A stretch of DNA of 64,000 nt, from positions 543,831-607,830 of the forward strand of contig JBMFVE010000001.1 of NCBI GenBank assembly GCA_049966155.1, read 5' to 3'. Source of the stretch: Candidatus Kryptoniota bacterium (lineage in GTDB: Bacteria; Bacteroidota; Ignavibacteria; Kryptoniales; JAKASW01). A program made the translations under genes and the position numbers. Of this stretch, positions 1-8,857 are shown piece after piece. Position 1 is the first letter of the stretch, and each line of letters begins with the position of its first letter. The notes below the pieces were generated by a model. It was not told the origin of the DNA. It was given only the letters and a program-made list of their open reading frames with translations, and made no database searches.

Positions 1-191
1 ATTCTGATTAAACCCGCTGGATTCCAGTAACCTGCACTAACATCATTTGCAATGGATGTAAATGCACCGCCCATTCCCAATGCTCTTGCACCAACGCCTG
101 TTGACAAGAAGTCAAGTGTGTATTTCCGAAAGTCAATTCCTCCAGCCTGCACACTGACCGATATAAGAAGCGTCACCAAAACAGTACACAT
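1..191 (-). CDS. Outer-membrane beta-barrel protein, PorV/PorQ-like; N-terminal fragment that runs off the window edge
   Basis: Not in the ORF track because there is no stop in the window. My minus-strand translation from ATG 191..189 is MCTVLVTLLISVSVQAGGIDFRKYTLDFLSTGVGARALGMGGAFTSIANDVSAGYWNPAGLIR. It has a signal-peptide-like start followed by a G-x-GGAF...WNPAGL motif that I associate with PorV/PorQ/FadL-like OM proteins. An alternative in-frame TTG lies at 215. Confidence 0.45.
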   Translation of the reverse strand, partial: MCTVLVTLLISVSVQAGGIDFRKYTLDFLSTGVGARALGMGGAFTSIANDVSAGYWNPAGLIR

Positions 192-219
192 TGAGGTCGG
201 CCAGAACCGCGGCAATATG

Positions 220-1848
220 TTACTCCACCTCCTCTGCACCAAAGTCATCCTTTAATATCTTTATGATCATTTCGTCATAGCCAGCTTTTCCATCATCGCG
301 TGGTCCACTATACTCAAGAGAAAATTCAACAGCAACTTTCAAGCCCAAAAATTTTTGAATCGCATCCTCTAAATATCTCTTAAATTGCCTCAACACAAGG
401 AGTGTTCCTTCATCAGGCAATGACAACAGGAGGAAGCCATTTCCCATTCCTTTTGGTTTCACATTCAACATTTGAGTCCAGACAGCTATCCTCTCCTTTT
501 TAATATTAAGAAGAAGCTCATCCCACCTTGCATTGATCTCCTGAAAAGTAGCTTCATGAACTGAAATTCTATCGGGTCGTAAATTCGTTTTTGACAAATG
601 CGAAGGCAATAAACCGTGTTTCCTTTGATGTGGTATAGCCTTTTCTTCCAAACCAATGTTATTAAAAGAACTTCCGGGAAGATCTGATACAGACAACTGG
701 CTACCCGTTAATTTTTTTTTTAACATTTCAATTTCCTGAAACAGTAAATCAAGTGAAATTGATTTCTCCATATTTACAAGCTGAAGAAGAGTCATCTCAA
801 GTTTTATCCTTGGTTGGGATACGTACCTAATTTGCTGAACGGCGTCAGTAACGACTTTTAAAAGTCGCAACAAATCTGGAGTGTCAAAAGCTTTAGCGGC
901 ATCAAGATATCTTTGTTTATAAAAATTAGAAGCTTCCAAAAGATCGGCAGTTTTTGTGCTGCAAACAATCAACAGGTTCCGTAAATGTTCTGCCAGTCCG
1001 TTTAAAAATTCAACAATATCATATCCTCTGGAAAAAATTTCAGACGCAAGTAAAATCGCCCCATTAAAGTCACGGTCTACAATAATTGAGGTCATCTTGA
1101 AAAACAGCTCTTCATCAACCAGGCTGAGCGCTTCAATTACCGAATCATGCCTTATCTCGCTACCGCAAAACGCCACAACCTGATCAAATATACTGAGCGC
1201 ATCACGCATTGATCCGTCGCTCTTTTTTGCAATTGCGACGAGTGATTCCTCATCTATTTTTATCTTCTCTTCTGCAGCTATATACCTCAGCCTTTCCATT
1301 ATCATTTCAATTTCAATGCGCCTGAAATCGAAACGCTGACAGCGTGTCATTATAGTCGGAAGAACCCTGTGCGGCTCGGTTGTGGCCAGGATAAAAATTG
1401 CGTAAGGCGGTGGCTCTTCAAGAGTTTTCAGCAAAGCGTTGAATGCCTCCTTTGTCAACATGTGCACTTCATCAATGATGTAGACTTTATACCTCAAGCT
1501 GGAGGGCAAATAACGAACTGATTCTCTCAAATCCCTGATCTCGTCAATTCCACGATTGGATGCCCCATCTATTTCAATAACATCAAGGCTTCTTCCCTCA
1601 GTTATCTCCCGGCAAACATCGCATTCATTGCACGGCTCACCTTCTTTAACGTTTGGACAATTAATTGCTTTTGCTAAAATCCTGGCAGTTGTTGTTTTCC
1701 CAACACCGCTCGGCCCACTGAAAAGGTAAGCATGAGCAATTCTGTTGCTCCGAATCGAGTTCTTAATAGTTATGGTTACATGTTCCTGGGCGGTGACTTC
1801 GTCAAAACGCATAGGCCGCCATTTACGTGCTGTGACGAGATAAGTCAT
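220..1848 (-). CDS. dnaX: DNA polymerase III subunit gamma/tau
   Basis: 542 aa. Walker A motif GPSGVGKTT, a Cys-rich zinc module (CPNVKEGEPCNECDVC) and the clamp-loader signature MTRCQRFDF. The ATG overlaps the lon stop (ATGA). Confidence 0.95.
   Translation of the reverse strand: MTYLVTARKWRPMRFDEVTAQEHVTITIKNSIRSNRIAHAYLFSGPSGVGKTTTARILAKAINCPNVKEGEPCNECDVCREITEGRSLDVIEIDGASNRGIDEIRDLRESVRYLPSSLRYKVYIIDEVHMLTKEAFNALLKTLEEPPPYAIFILATTEPHRVLPTIMTRCQRFDFRRIEIEMIMERLRYIAAEEKIKIDEESLVAIAKKSDGSMRDALSIFDQVVAFCGSEIRHDSVIEALSLVDEELFFKMTSIIVDRDFNGAILLASEIFSRGYDIVEFLNGLAEHLRNLLIVCSTKTADLLEASNFYKQRYLDAAKAFDTPDLLRLLKVVTDAVQQIRYVSQPRIKLEMTLLQLVNMEKSISLDLLFQEIEMLKKKLTGSQLSVSDLPGSSFNNIGLEEKAIPHQRKHGLLPSHLSKTNLRPDRISVHEATFQEINARWDELLLNIKKERIAVWTQMLNVKPKGMGNGFLLLSLPDEGTLLVLRQFKRYLEDAIQKFLGLKVAVEFSLEYSGPRDDGKAGYDEMIIKILKDDFGAEEVE
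712..721 (-). other. Candidate dnaX recoding site: A10 slippery run for transcriptional slippage or ribosomal frameshift, giving gamma versus tau
   Basis: The minus strand reads ATG TTA AAA AAA AAA TTA ACG GGT AGC at codons 375-383. The -1 frame gives ATT AAC GGG TAG. The +1 frame gives TAA immediately. The site lies just after the roughly 375-aa clamp-loader core. Confidence 0.55.
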
Positions 1849-4265
1849 TTCTCCCTGTTTTCTGCCTTCCTTGAAGTTTGTGGTTTCTTCACATTAAGAT
1901 CAAAAACATGACCAAAAGCATCTTCAATTCTTTTAAGTGGAACAATTTCGATCCCATCTTTTACTGCAGACGGTATTTCAGTGAGGTCCCTGAGGTTATC
2001 TTCCGGAACAAGAACCTTGCTTATCCTATACCTTTTGGCTGCAAGGAGCTTTTCGTTCAGGCCGCCTACAGGCATTATATCTCCACTCAAGTTTATCTCA
2101 CCAGTCATTGCAACATCACCCCTCACAGGTCTGCCTGAAACTGCCGATAAAATTGCTATTGCAATTGTAATTCCTGCTGATGGGCCATCCTTCGGCGTTG
2201 CGCCTTCCGGTACATGTATGTGAATTTCTTGATCCTTATAAAAATCTCTGGAAAGACCGAATCTCTTCGCATTGGCCCGTAGATAGCTCAGAGCCGCCTG
2301 TGCCGACTCCTGCATTACTGTTCCCAATCTACCTGTCATAATGAGCTTGGCAGTTCCTTTTATTACCACAACCTCGACATTCAAAATATCGCCACCTCCA
2401 CTTGTCCACGCAAGACCATTGGCAACACCAACCCTGCTTTCCCTGTGAAGAAGTTTTGTAAAGAACTTTGGGACGCCTAAATTTTCTTCCACCTTCTTTT
2501 CGTCTACTACAATTTGACTAAATGCACTTTGACTGCTATTTCTAATACCAACCAAATCTTTTGCAATCTTTCTACAAATTCCTGCAATTGACCTTTCAAG
2601 GTCTCTGACCCCTGCCTCCCATGTGTACTCCCGGATAATTTTTATGATTGCTGCATCTTCAAACACAACATCTGTCGCTTTTATTCCATGAGCTTTCAAT
2701 TGCCTGGGAACTATGTGCCTTTTCGCAATTTCGAGTTTATCGTATTCGAGATAACCTGGTAAATCGATGATTTCCATCCTATCTTCGAGAGCCGGTGGTA
2801 TATTATCTCGGATATTTGCCGTTGTTATGAACAGTACTTTGGACAAATCGTAATCCACTTCAAGATAATTATCCTGAAAAGCACGATTTTGCTCAGGGTC
2901 AAGAACTTCAAGTAGTGCCGATGCCGGGTCGCCGTGAAAATCCAATGTCATTTTATCTATCTCATCAAGCAAAATCACTGGATTGACAACACCTGCCCTT
3001 TTCATCGCCTGAATAATCCGGCCAGGCAAAGAACCCACATACGTCCTTCTGTGACCTCGAATCTCAGCCTCATCTCTCATTCCGCCGAGGGAAATCCTTA
3101 CAAATTGTCGACCCAAAGCCCGGGCAATTGATTTTGCAAGGGAGGTTTTACCTACTCCAGGAGGACCTACAAAACAAAGAATTTGGGAATGCATCTCCTT
3201 TACCAAGTTCAAGACCGCAATTTGTTCAACGATTCTTTCCTTTGGCTTATCCAGGCCATAATGATCCTCATCGAGTATCTGGCGCGCATGTTGAACATCA
3301 ACATTATCTACCGTTTTCTTAAACCAGGGCACACTGACAAGCCATTCGAGATAATTCCTGGTCACTGTCGACTCAGGTGAGTACGGTTGTGTCCTCTTTA
3401 ACCTGTCGAGTTCCTCCAGTGCCTTCACCCTCACCTGTTCGGGCATTTTTGCTTTAACAATCTTATCTTTAAGGACACCATATTCTCCATAGTCACCATC
3501 CTCACCAAGCTCGTCCTGCATGATTCTAAGTTGTTCTTGAAGATAATATTTCCGTTGATTTTTCTGTATACTGCCCTGAACCTTCTCATCAATTTCACGC
3601 TCAATCTTCAGGACTTCCACTTCCTTCGCCAGAATCCTTATTAATTCTGAATATTGAGCCTTTAAGTCTTTGAGTTCGTACAGTGCCACCTTTTGGTCAA
3701 GTGACAAATCGAGATGTGCAACTGCATAATAAAGTCTTCTGTCAATTTCCCGGATACTGTCAAAGCTCATCCACGTTTCTGGAGGAATGTCCACACTGTT
3801 CTCTATATATTCTCTAAAGAGTTGCGATGCATGCTTGATATGTGCCTCGAGATAATTACTAATCTTTTCTTTTTTAAAATTCATCTGAAAATCAGCATAA
3901 AGTACGCCATGAACTTCTGAGAATTTCCTTACAAAAACCTGTGCCAAACCATCTACAAGAACCTTAAAAAGTCCATTCGGAAGTTGTAATATTTGCAAAA
4001 TCCTTGCAGCTGTCCCAACTTTATACAAATCTTCCTGACCCGGATCCTCAACCAAACTATTTTTTTGTGGAAGAAGTAAAATATACTTGTTGGCCTTAGA
4101 AGCTATCCCTACAGCTCTAACAGATTGTTCCCTCCCTACAAGGACAGGAAACAACATGTAAGGGAGAACAACCGTATCGCGCATCGGAAGCACCGGTAAC
4201 CGCGTGGGTATGTTTTTGATGTCCTCAGCTTCCAGATCATTTTCCATTCCATTAAAGTCGTCCAA
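1845..4265 (-). CDS. lon: ATP-dependent Lon protease
   Basis: 806 aa. LON N-domain, AAA+ Walker A GPPGVGKTS and a C-terminal protease with PKDGPSAG (catalytic Ser). The start is a TTG preceded by GGAG with a 6-nt spacer. Confidence 0.95.
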   Translation of the reverse strand: MDDFNGMENDLEAEDIKNIPTRLPVLPMRDTVVLPYMLFPVLVGREQSVRAVGIASKANKYILLLPQKNSLVEDPGQEDLYKVGTAARILQILQLPNGLFKVLVDGLAQVFVRKFSEVHGVLYADFQMNFKKEKISNYLEAHIKHASQLFREYIENSVDIPPETWMSFDSIREIDRRLYYAVAHLDLSLDQKVALYELKDLKAQYSELIRILAKEVEVLKIEREIDEKVQGSIQKNQRKYYLQEQLRIMQDELGEDGDYGEYGVLKDKIVKAKMPEQVRVKALEELDRLKRTQPYSPESTVTRNYLEWLVSVPWFKKTVDNVDVQHARQILDEDHYGLDKPKERIVEQIAVLNLVKEMHSQILCFVGPPGVGKTSLAKSIARALGRQFVRISLGGMRDEAEIRGHRRTYVGSLPGRIIQAMKRAGVVNPVILLDEIDKMTLDFHGDPASALLEVLDPEQNRAFQDNYLEVDYDLSKVLFITTANIRDNIPPALEDRMEIIDLPGYLEYDKLEIAKRHIVPRQLKAHGIKATDVVFEDAAIIKIIREYTWEAGVRDLERSIAGICRKIAKDLVGIRNSSQSAFSQIVVDEKKVEENLGVPKFFTKLLHRESRVGVANGLAWTSGGGDILNVEVVVIKGTAKLIMTGRLGTVMQESAQAALSYLRANAKRFGLSRDFYKDQEIHIHVPEGATPKDGPSAGITIAIAILSAVSGRPVRGDVAMTGEINLSGDIMPVGGLNEKLLAAKRYRISKVLVPEDNLRDLTEIPSAVKDGIEIVPLKRIEDAFGHVFDLNVKKPQTSRKAENREK

Positions 4266-4475
4266 TTAACACTCCGCAATTGAATTTTGTGAAATCAATC
4301 AAAAAAATATAGCAGTATGAAAATGGTTAAACAAGGTTAAGCAGTAGCCAGTTGCACATCGTTGAAAAATCGGTTCCCAGTATCTAACTTACTTCCGCGG
4401 CAACATATGAATCTTCAAATAATATGCAAAACTTTCTGGGCTGTTTCCCAATCCTTAAAATAAGGAGCAAATAAA

Positions 4476-6737
4476 ATGAAAATTAGAACCGAGGATGCCC
4501 TTCTTTACCATTCTGGTGGAAGAAAGGGCAAAGTCGAGGTAGTAGCGTCAAAACCTTGCTTAACTCAGCGTGACCTCTCGCTTGCATACACACCCGGCGT
4601 GGCTGAAGTCTGCCGGGTGATTCACAAGGATCCTGACGCAGTCTATGAATATACGGCTAAAGCAAATTTGGTCGCAGTAGTTTCAAACGGCACCGCTGTC
4701 CTGGGCCTGGGCAACATAGGCCCACTGGCGGGCAAACCTGTTATGGAGGGAAAGGGGGTGCTGTTTAAGCGATTCGCAGACATCGATGTATTTGATATTG
4801 AGATTGACGCAAGAACGCCTGAAGAAATAATCACAGTTGTCAAAGCCCTTGAACCCACATTTGGGGGGATTAATCTTGAAGATATTAAAGCTCCCGACTG
4901 CTTCCTTATTGAGGAGACCTTAAAGCAAACGATGAACATCCCTGTGTTTCATGATGATCAGCATGGTACAGCAATCATTAGTTCAGCGGCACTTCTTAAT
5001 GCCCTCGAAATAGCAGGCAAAGATATCAGCAATATTAAACTTGTTGTTAATGGGGCAGGTGCAGCAGCAATTGCATGCACAAAACTCTACATCAAACTTG
5101 GCCTCAATCCTGAGAATGTCATCATGTGTGATTCCAAAGGCGTTATCTACAAAGGTCGAACAATCGACATGAATCCTTACAAAGAACAATTTGCTGCAGA
5201 AACCAGTGCACGGACGCTGGCACAGGCAATTGTTAATGCCGACGCTTTTGTGGGTTTATCAGTGGCTAATGTGGTGACTAAAGAAATGATCAAATCAATG
5301 GCTGAAAATCCAATTGTGTTTGCAATGGCGAATCCGGATCCTGAGATCACTTACGAAGATGCAACAGAAGCAAGAAAAGATGTTATTATGGCAACGGGGA
5401 GAAGTGATTATCCGAACCAGGTAAACAATGTCCTCGGCTTCCCATTTATTTTCCGGGGGGCTTTAGACGTAAGGGCAAGAACCATTAATGATGAAATGAA
5501 GATAGCCGCTGTAAAAGCACTCGCAAATCTGGCGAAGGAACCGGTACCCGACTCAGTGAAGCGGGCTTACGGTGGTGCTGAACTTTCTTTTGGACGGGAT
5601 TACATCATTCCAAAGCCGTTTGACCCAAGAGTCATCACCTGGGTTGCACCAGCAGTAGCAAGAGCCGCTATTGAAACAGGATCTGCACGAGTCAGCATTG
5701 ACGACTGGGATAAATACATTTATCAGCTTGAAGAACGCATGGGCATCACAAGAGGCGTTGTGAGAACTGCAATAACAAAATCACAGGGTACCAACAAGAG
5801 GATAGTATTTCCTGAGGGTGAAGAAGCTAAAATCCTTTATGCGGCGCAAATGATAATTGACGAAGAAATTGCAAAACCCGTTCTTATTGGGAGGAAATCT
5901 GTGATAGAAGCCAAAGCGAAGGATTTGAAAGTCGACATTTCAAATGTTGAAATTGTTGACCCACATGAGTTCATGAAGATGAATGGGTACATAGAGGAAC
6001 TTCACTTAATTCGCCAGAGGAAAGGGATAACTCGTAGCGATGCCGAACGCCTCCTTGAAAGACCTAATTACCTGGGTGCAATGATGGTCAGAATGGGGGA
6101 TGCAGATGGACTGGTTTCAGGATTAACTGCATCCTACCCTAACACCATTCGTCCAGCTCTGCAGGTAATAGGGATGGCACAGGGGAGGAAAAGAGTCGCC
6201 GGATTATACGCCGTGATGACGAAGCGTGAAACTTTCTTTTTCGCGGACACAACCGTGAATATCAATCCAAATGCAGAGGAACTGGCTGAAATCGCAATTA
6301 TGACAGCAGAAGTCGTGCGAAGGTTTAATATCACTCCAAAGATCGCCATGCTTTCATTCAGCAACTTCGGAAGCACAAGGTCTCCTGAGTCCATAAAAGT
6401 TGCAGAAGCTGTGAATATTGCTAAATCAATTGATCCAGATCTTATCATTGATGGGGAAATTCAGGCCGATGTTGCGCTCTCACCAGACGTCCTTAGCGAT
6501 GTATACCCCTTCACCATCTTAAAGAACGGTGTAAACACGTTGATTTTCCCCGACCTCGATTCCGGAAACATTGCTTACAAACTGATGGGCAAAATAGGAG
6601 GCGCAGACTTACTTGGACCTATCCTCATGGGAATGGCAAAGCCTGTCCATGTCCTTCAGCAGGGCTGTGATGTTAATGCCATTGTAAATATTGCAGCAGT
6701 TTGCGCAGTTGAAGCAATTGAGAAGAGTCGTACTTGA
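4476..6737 (+). CDS. maeB: NADP-dependent malic enzyme (malic enzyme fused to a phosphotransacetylase-like domain)
   Basis: 753 aa. The N-terminal half is typical of malic enzymes (VVSNGTAVLGLGNIGP, FHDDQHGTA). The C-terminal roughly 330 aa is PTA-like. AAGGAG lies 8 nt upstream of the ATG. Confidence 0.9.
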   Translation: MKIRTEDALLYHSGGRKGKVEVVASKPCLTQRDLSLAYTPGVAEVCRVIHKDPDAVYEYTAKANLVAVVSNGTAVLGLGNIGPLAGKPVMEGKGVLFKRFADIDVFDIEIDARTPEEIITVVKALEPTFGGINLEDIKAPDCFLIEETLKQTMNIPVFHDDQHGTAIISSAALLNALEIAGKDISNIKLVVNGAGAAAIACTKLYIKLGLNPENVIMCDSKGVIYKGRTIDMNPYKEQFAAETSARTLAQAIVNADAFVGLSVANVVTKEMIKSMAENPIVFAMANPDPEITYEDATEARKDVIMATGRSDYPNQVNNVLGFPFIFRGALDVRARTINDEMKIAAVKALANLAKEPVPDSVKRAYGGAELSFGRDYIIPKPFDPRVITWVAPAVARAAIETGSARVSIDDWDKYIYQLEERMGITRGVVRTAITKSQGTNKRIVFPEGEEAKILYAAQMIIDEEIAKPVLIGRKSVIEAKAKDLKVDISNVEIVDPHEFMKMNGYIEELHLIRQRKGITRSDAERLLERPNYLGAMMVRMGDADGLVSGLTASYPNTIRPALQVIGMAQGRKRVAGLYAVMTKRETFFFADTTVNINPNAEELAEIAIMTAEVVRRFNITPKIAMLSFSNFGSTRSPESIKVAEAVNIAKSIDPDLIIDGEIQADVALSPDVLSDVYPFTILKNGVNTLIFPDLDSGNIAYKLMGKIGGADLLGPILMGMAKPVHVLQQGCDVNAIVNIAAVCAVEAIEKSRT

Positions 6738-6796
6738 TGTAACAAGAATCTTCCCACAGTCTCCAGTAAGTGACATAACCAGCAGCTCTTTATAAT

Positions 6797-6827
6797 GCCG
6801 CCAGATGCCTCTGGCGGCTGTTTTTTA
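6797..6827 (+). terminator. Rho-independent terminator of maeB
   Basis: Perfect 9-bp stem GCCGCCAGA / TCTGGCGGC with loop TGCC, followed by TGTTTTTT. Confidence 0.8.
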
Positions 6828-7082
6828 TCCCCTTCAGCAAATTAATCGAAAATTAGCTAACCGTTTGTCCCCTTTTACCACACATGAGCTCTGTTTGTCT
6901 CAATGTACAAAGCGACATATAGATTTTTATGAATTTGGGGAAATCTTGCGCAATCTACACCACTTATTGATTAAAAAATTGGGCTCATTCATATGATTTC
7001 AGCCATGAAAATTTTAAGGATGACCGGCACGACATATGAAACTCATTGAGAGTCGTGTTTCACTAAAAAAACGGAGGCAAAC

Positions 7083-8459
7083 ATGAACAAAATATTGTTA
7101 ATTCTTGTTTCGTTTATAGGTTTGTGTGAAATGACAGAAGCACAAACAAACAGCTTCCATTTCACACGAGGCGGTAAATATTTGTGGTACAGCGGTACAA
7201 ATGGCGGAGCTGAATCCATATTTGGAGTTGCATGGAACCAGCTCACATGCACACGGTGTCACGGGGACTCGCTTGCCACAGGAGTTGCTGTTGTGGACTC
7301 TACTTACAAGCCGGGCTGCAATGATTGCCATGCATCGGACTTCTCAGTAAATTCGCCTAAGACTTGCCTGAAGTGTCACAGTCGTCAGGGAGCTGTTATT
7401 ACAATCAGTAAAATAGACACAAACTACACCGACGTGCATGTAGCCGCTGGCCTCACCTGCAAGACCTGTCACACGAAAAATGATGTGCATGCCGATGCAT
7501 CGAGTTACAAAGCAATGTGGGACCAGTTCAATGATCCCAACAGCCAAAGTCCAAGGTGCGAAAAATGCCACACATCGGTACCTAATACAACTTCCCACAC
7601 TGTCCATAATGGTACTCTTGACTGTGCAGCGTGTCATCAATATGCATCCATTACCTGCTACAACTGCCACTTTGAGACTGAGCTGGCGACAGATGGAAGA
7701 ATTAAGAGAGCATATGCGCAGTTCAGGGATTTCATATTACTAGGCAAACTGCCCAATGGGAAGATCTATCCTGGAACATTTATGTCCCTGACTTACCAGG
7801 GAAAGTCCTTTGTTGTAGCTGCACCATTTTACTCACATACAATTAGAAAGCGGGGTAGAGCCTGCACTGACTGCCACAATAACTCAATCGTTCAGCAATA
7901 CAATAACAATCACTTCGTGCCCATAATAAAATGGGATTCTACCCAGAGCAAGTTATTTAATACAAAAGGGGTCATTCCGCTCGCACCCGACTGGAAAGAC
8001 GCTTTTGGATTTGATTTTTTAAATTACACAGGCAAGCCGGATTCAGCTACCAATCCAACAAAATGGGTATTCCTGAAATCGGGAGCTAACGGTGAACAAA
8101 TCATCCCATCATACTTCCAACCGCTGACAGCTCAGGAAATGGCTAAGATTTCAACAATTGTGCACGTTGACACCGAACCAAAAAGCATCCCGGGAAACTT
8201 TCAATTGTACCAAAACTATCCGAATCCATTTAATCCTACTACGTTCATCAGTTTCAACTTAAAGGTACCGACTACTGTCACCTTGAAAGTTTATGACATC
8301 CTCGGGACAGAAGTAAAATCTCTGCTTCAAAATAAACCAATTACGCCAGGAATTCACAGCATAAGATTTGATGCCCAGGGCCTGCGTAGTGGTGTTTATA
8401 TTTGTAAGATAGTTACCCCAGAATTCACGGCTTCGAAGAAAATGATTCTTATTAAATAG
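7083..8459 (+). CDS. Octaheme c-type cytochrome with a type IX secretion C-terminal sorting domain
   Basis: 458 aa. Signal peptide MNKILLILVSFIGLCEMTEAQ. Eight CXXCH motifs: CTRCH, CNDCH, CLKCH, CKTCH, CEKCH, CAACH, CYNCH, CTDCH. The C-terminal roughly 80 aa (LYQNYPNPFNPTT...VYDILG...GVYICKI) matches the Por_Secre_tail pattern. GGAGG lies 6 nt upstream. Confidence 0.85.
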   Translation: MNKILLILVSFIGLCEMTEAQTNSFHFTRGGKYLWYSGTNGGAESIFGVAWNQLTCTRCHGDSLATGVAVVDSTYKPGCNDCHASDFSVNSPKTCLKCHSRQGAVITISKIDTNYTDVHVAAGLTCKTCHTKNDVHADASSYKAMWDQFNDPNSQSPRCEKCHTSVPNTTSHTVHNGTLDCAACHQYASITCYNCHFETELATDGRIKRAYAQFRDFILLGKLPNGKIYPGTFMSLTYQGKSFVVAAPFYSHTIRKRGRACTDCHNNSIVQQYNNNHFVPIIKWDSTQSKLFNTKGVIPLAPDWKDAFGFDFLNYTGKPDSATNPTKWVFLKSGANGEQIIPSYFQPLTAQEMAKISTIVHVDTEPKSIPGNFQLYQNYPNPFNPTTFISFNLKVPTTVTLKVYDILGTEVKSLLQNKPITPGIHSIRFDAQGLRSGVYICKIVTPEFTASKKMILIK

Positions 8460-8460
8460 T

Positions 8461-8722
8461 ATCAAATGATACCAGGTAAAGTGCTATGATATCCTGCTTG
8501 TGAGTTTGACTGTGACCGAGTTCGTGGTACCAGCCTCTGAGGGATGAGGATACCTTTACGCCTCATAGAGCTCATGTCATGGTTGATGGTGACAACGCTG
8601 GAAGTGAGGACGAAGGCGGTATCTTCGTAGGAGAGCACGCCACCCTGCTCTATGGCCTCATTTGTGATGCGAATGATTTTGTGCTGCCTTAGTCCATGCT
8701 GTCCGGATTTCTTACCAGGAGC
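8461..8722 (-). pseudogene. Frameshifted, truncated relic of an HTH protein (DUF1670-like pattern)
   Basis: One minus-strand frame reads ...HKIIRITNEAIEQGGVLSYEDTAFVLTSSVVTINHDMSSMRRKGILIPQR. After a frame change near 8538 it continues RGWYHELGHSQTHKQDIIALYL. An in-frame TGA lies upstream at 8725..8723, there is no usable start, and the C-terminal part is missing. The pattern EA.EQGG.L..ED......TI..D.....KGI.IP.RG....G...THK..I..LYL is what I recall for DUF1670 proteins. Confidence 0.4.
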
Positions 8723-8857
8723 TCAGGTGGCCATCAGCCTTACATAAGTCGAAACTTCTTCTTAAATTTATTTTTGAAGTTTATTAATAAGGCATAAAGG
8801 AGCGACGATTCGTCCGATCCGCAACACGAGCAAATGAAGGAAGGAGAAGACTCAAAA

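Noticed and set aside
52-255. 67-aa plus-strand ORF at the start of the window
   Set aside because: It is antisense to a much better minus-strand reading (signal peptide plus a conserved OM-protein motif) and to the 3' end of dnaX. It has no RBS and low-complexity composition.
6805-6996. 63-aa ORF between maeB and the cytochrome gene
   Set aside because: It starts inside the maeB terminator hairpin, and it has no RBS and no recognisable features.
8460-8857. TPP riboswitch or other leader RNA upstream of yjbQ (thiamine-related)
   Set aside because: I could not find the conserved TPP elements (the CUGAGA / ACCUGAUCUGGAUAAUGCCAGCG-like core). The region is better explained by a decayed protein-coding relic on the opposite strand.
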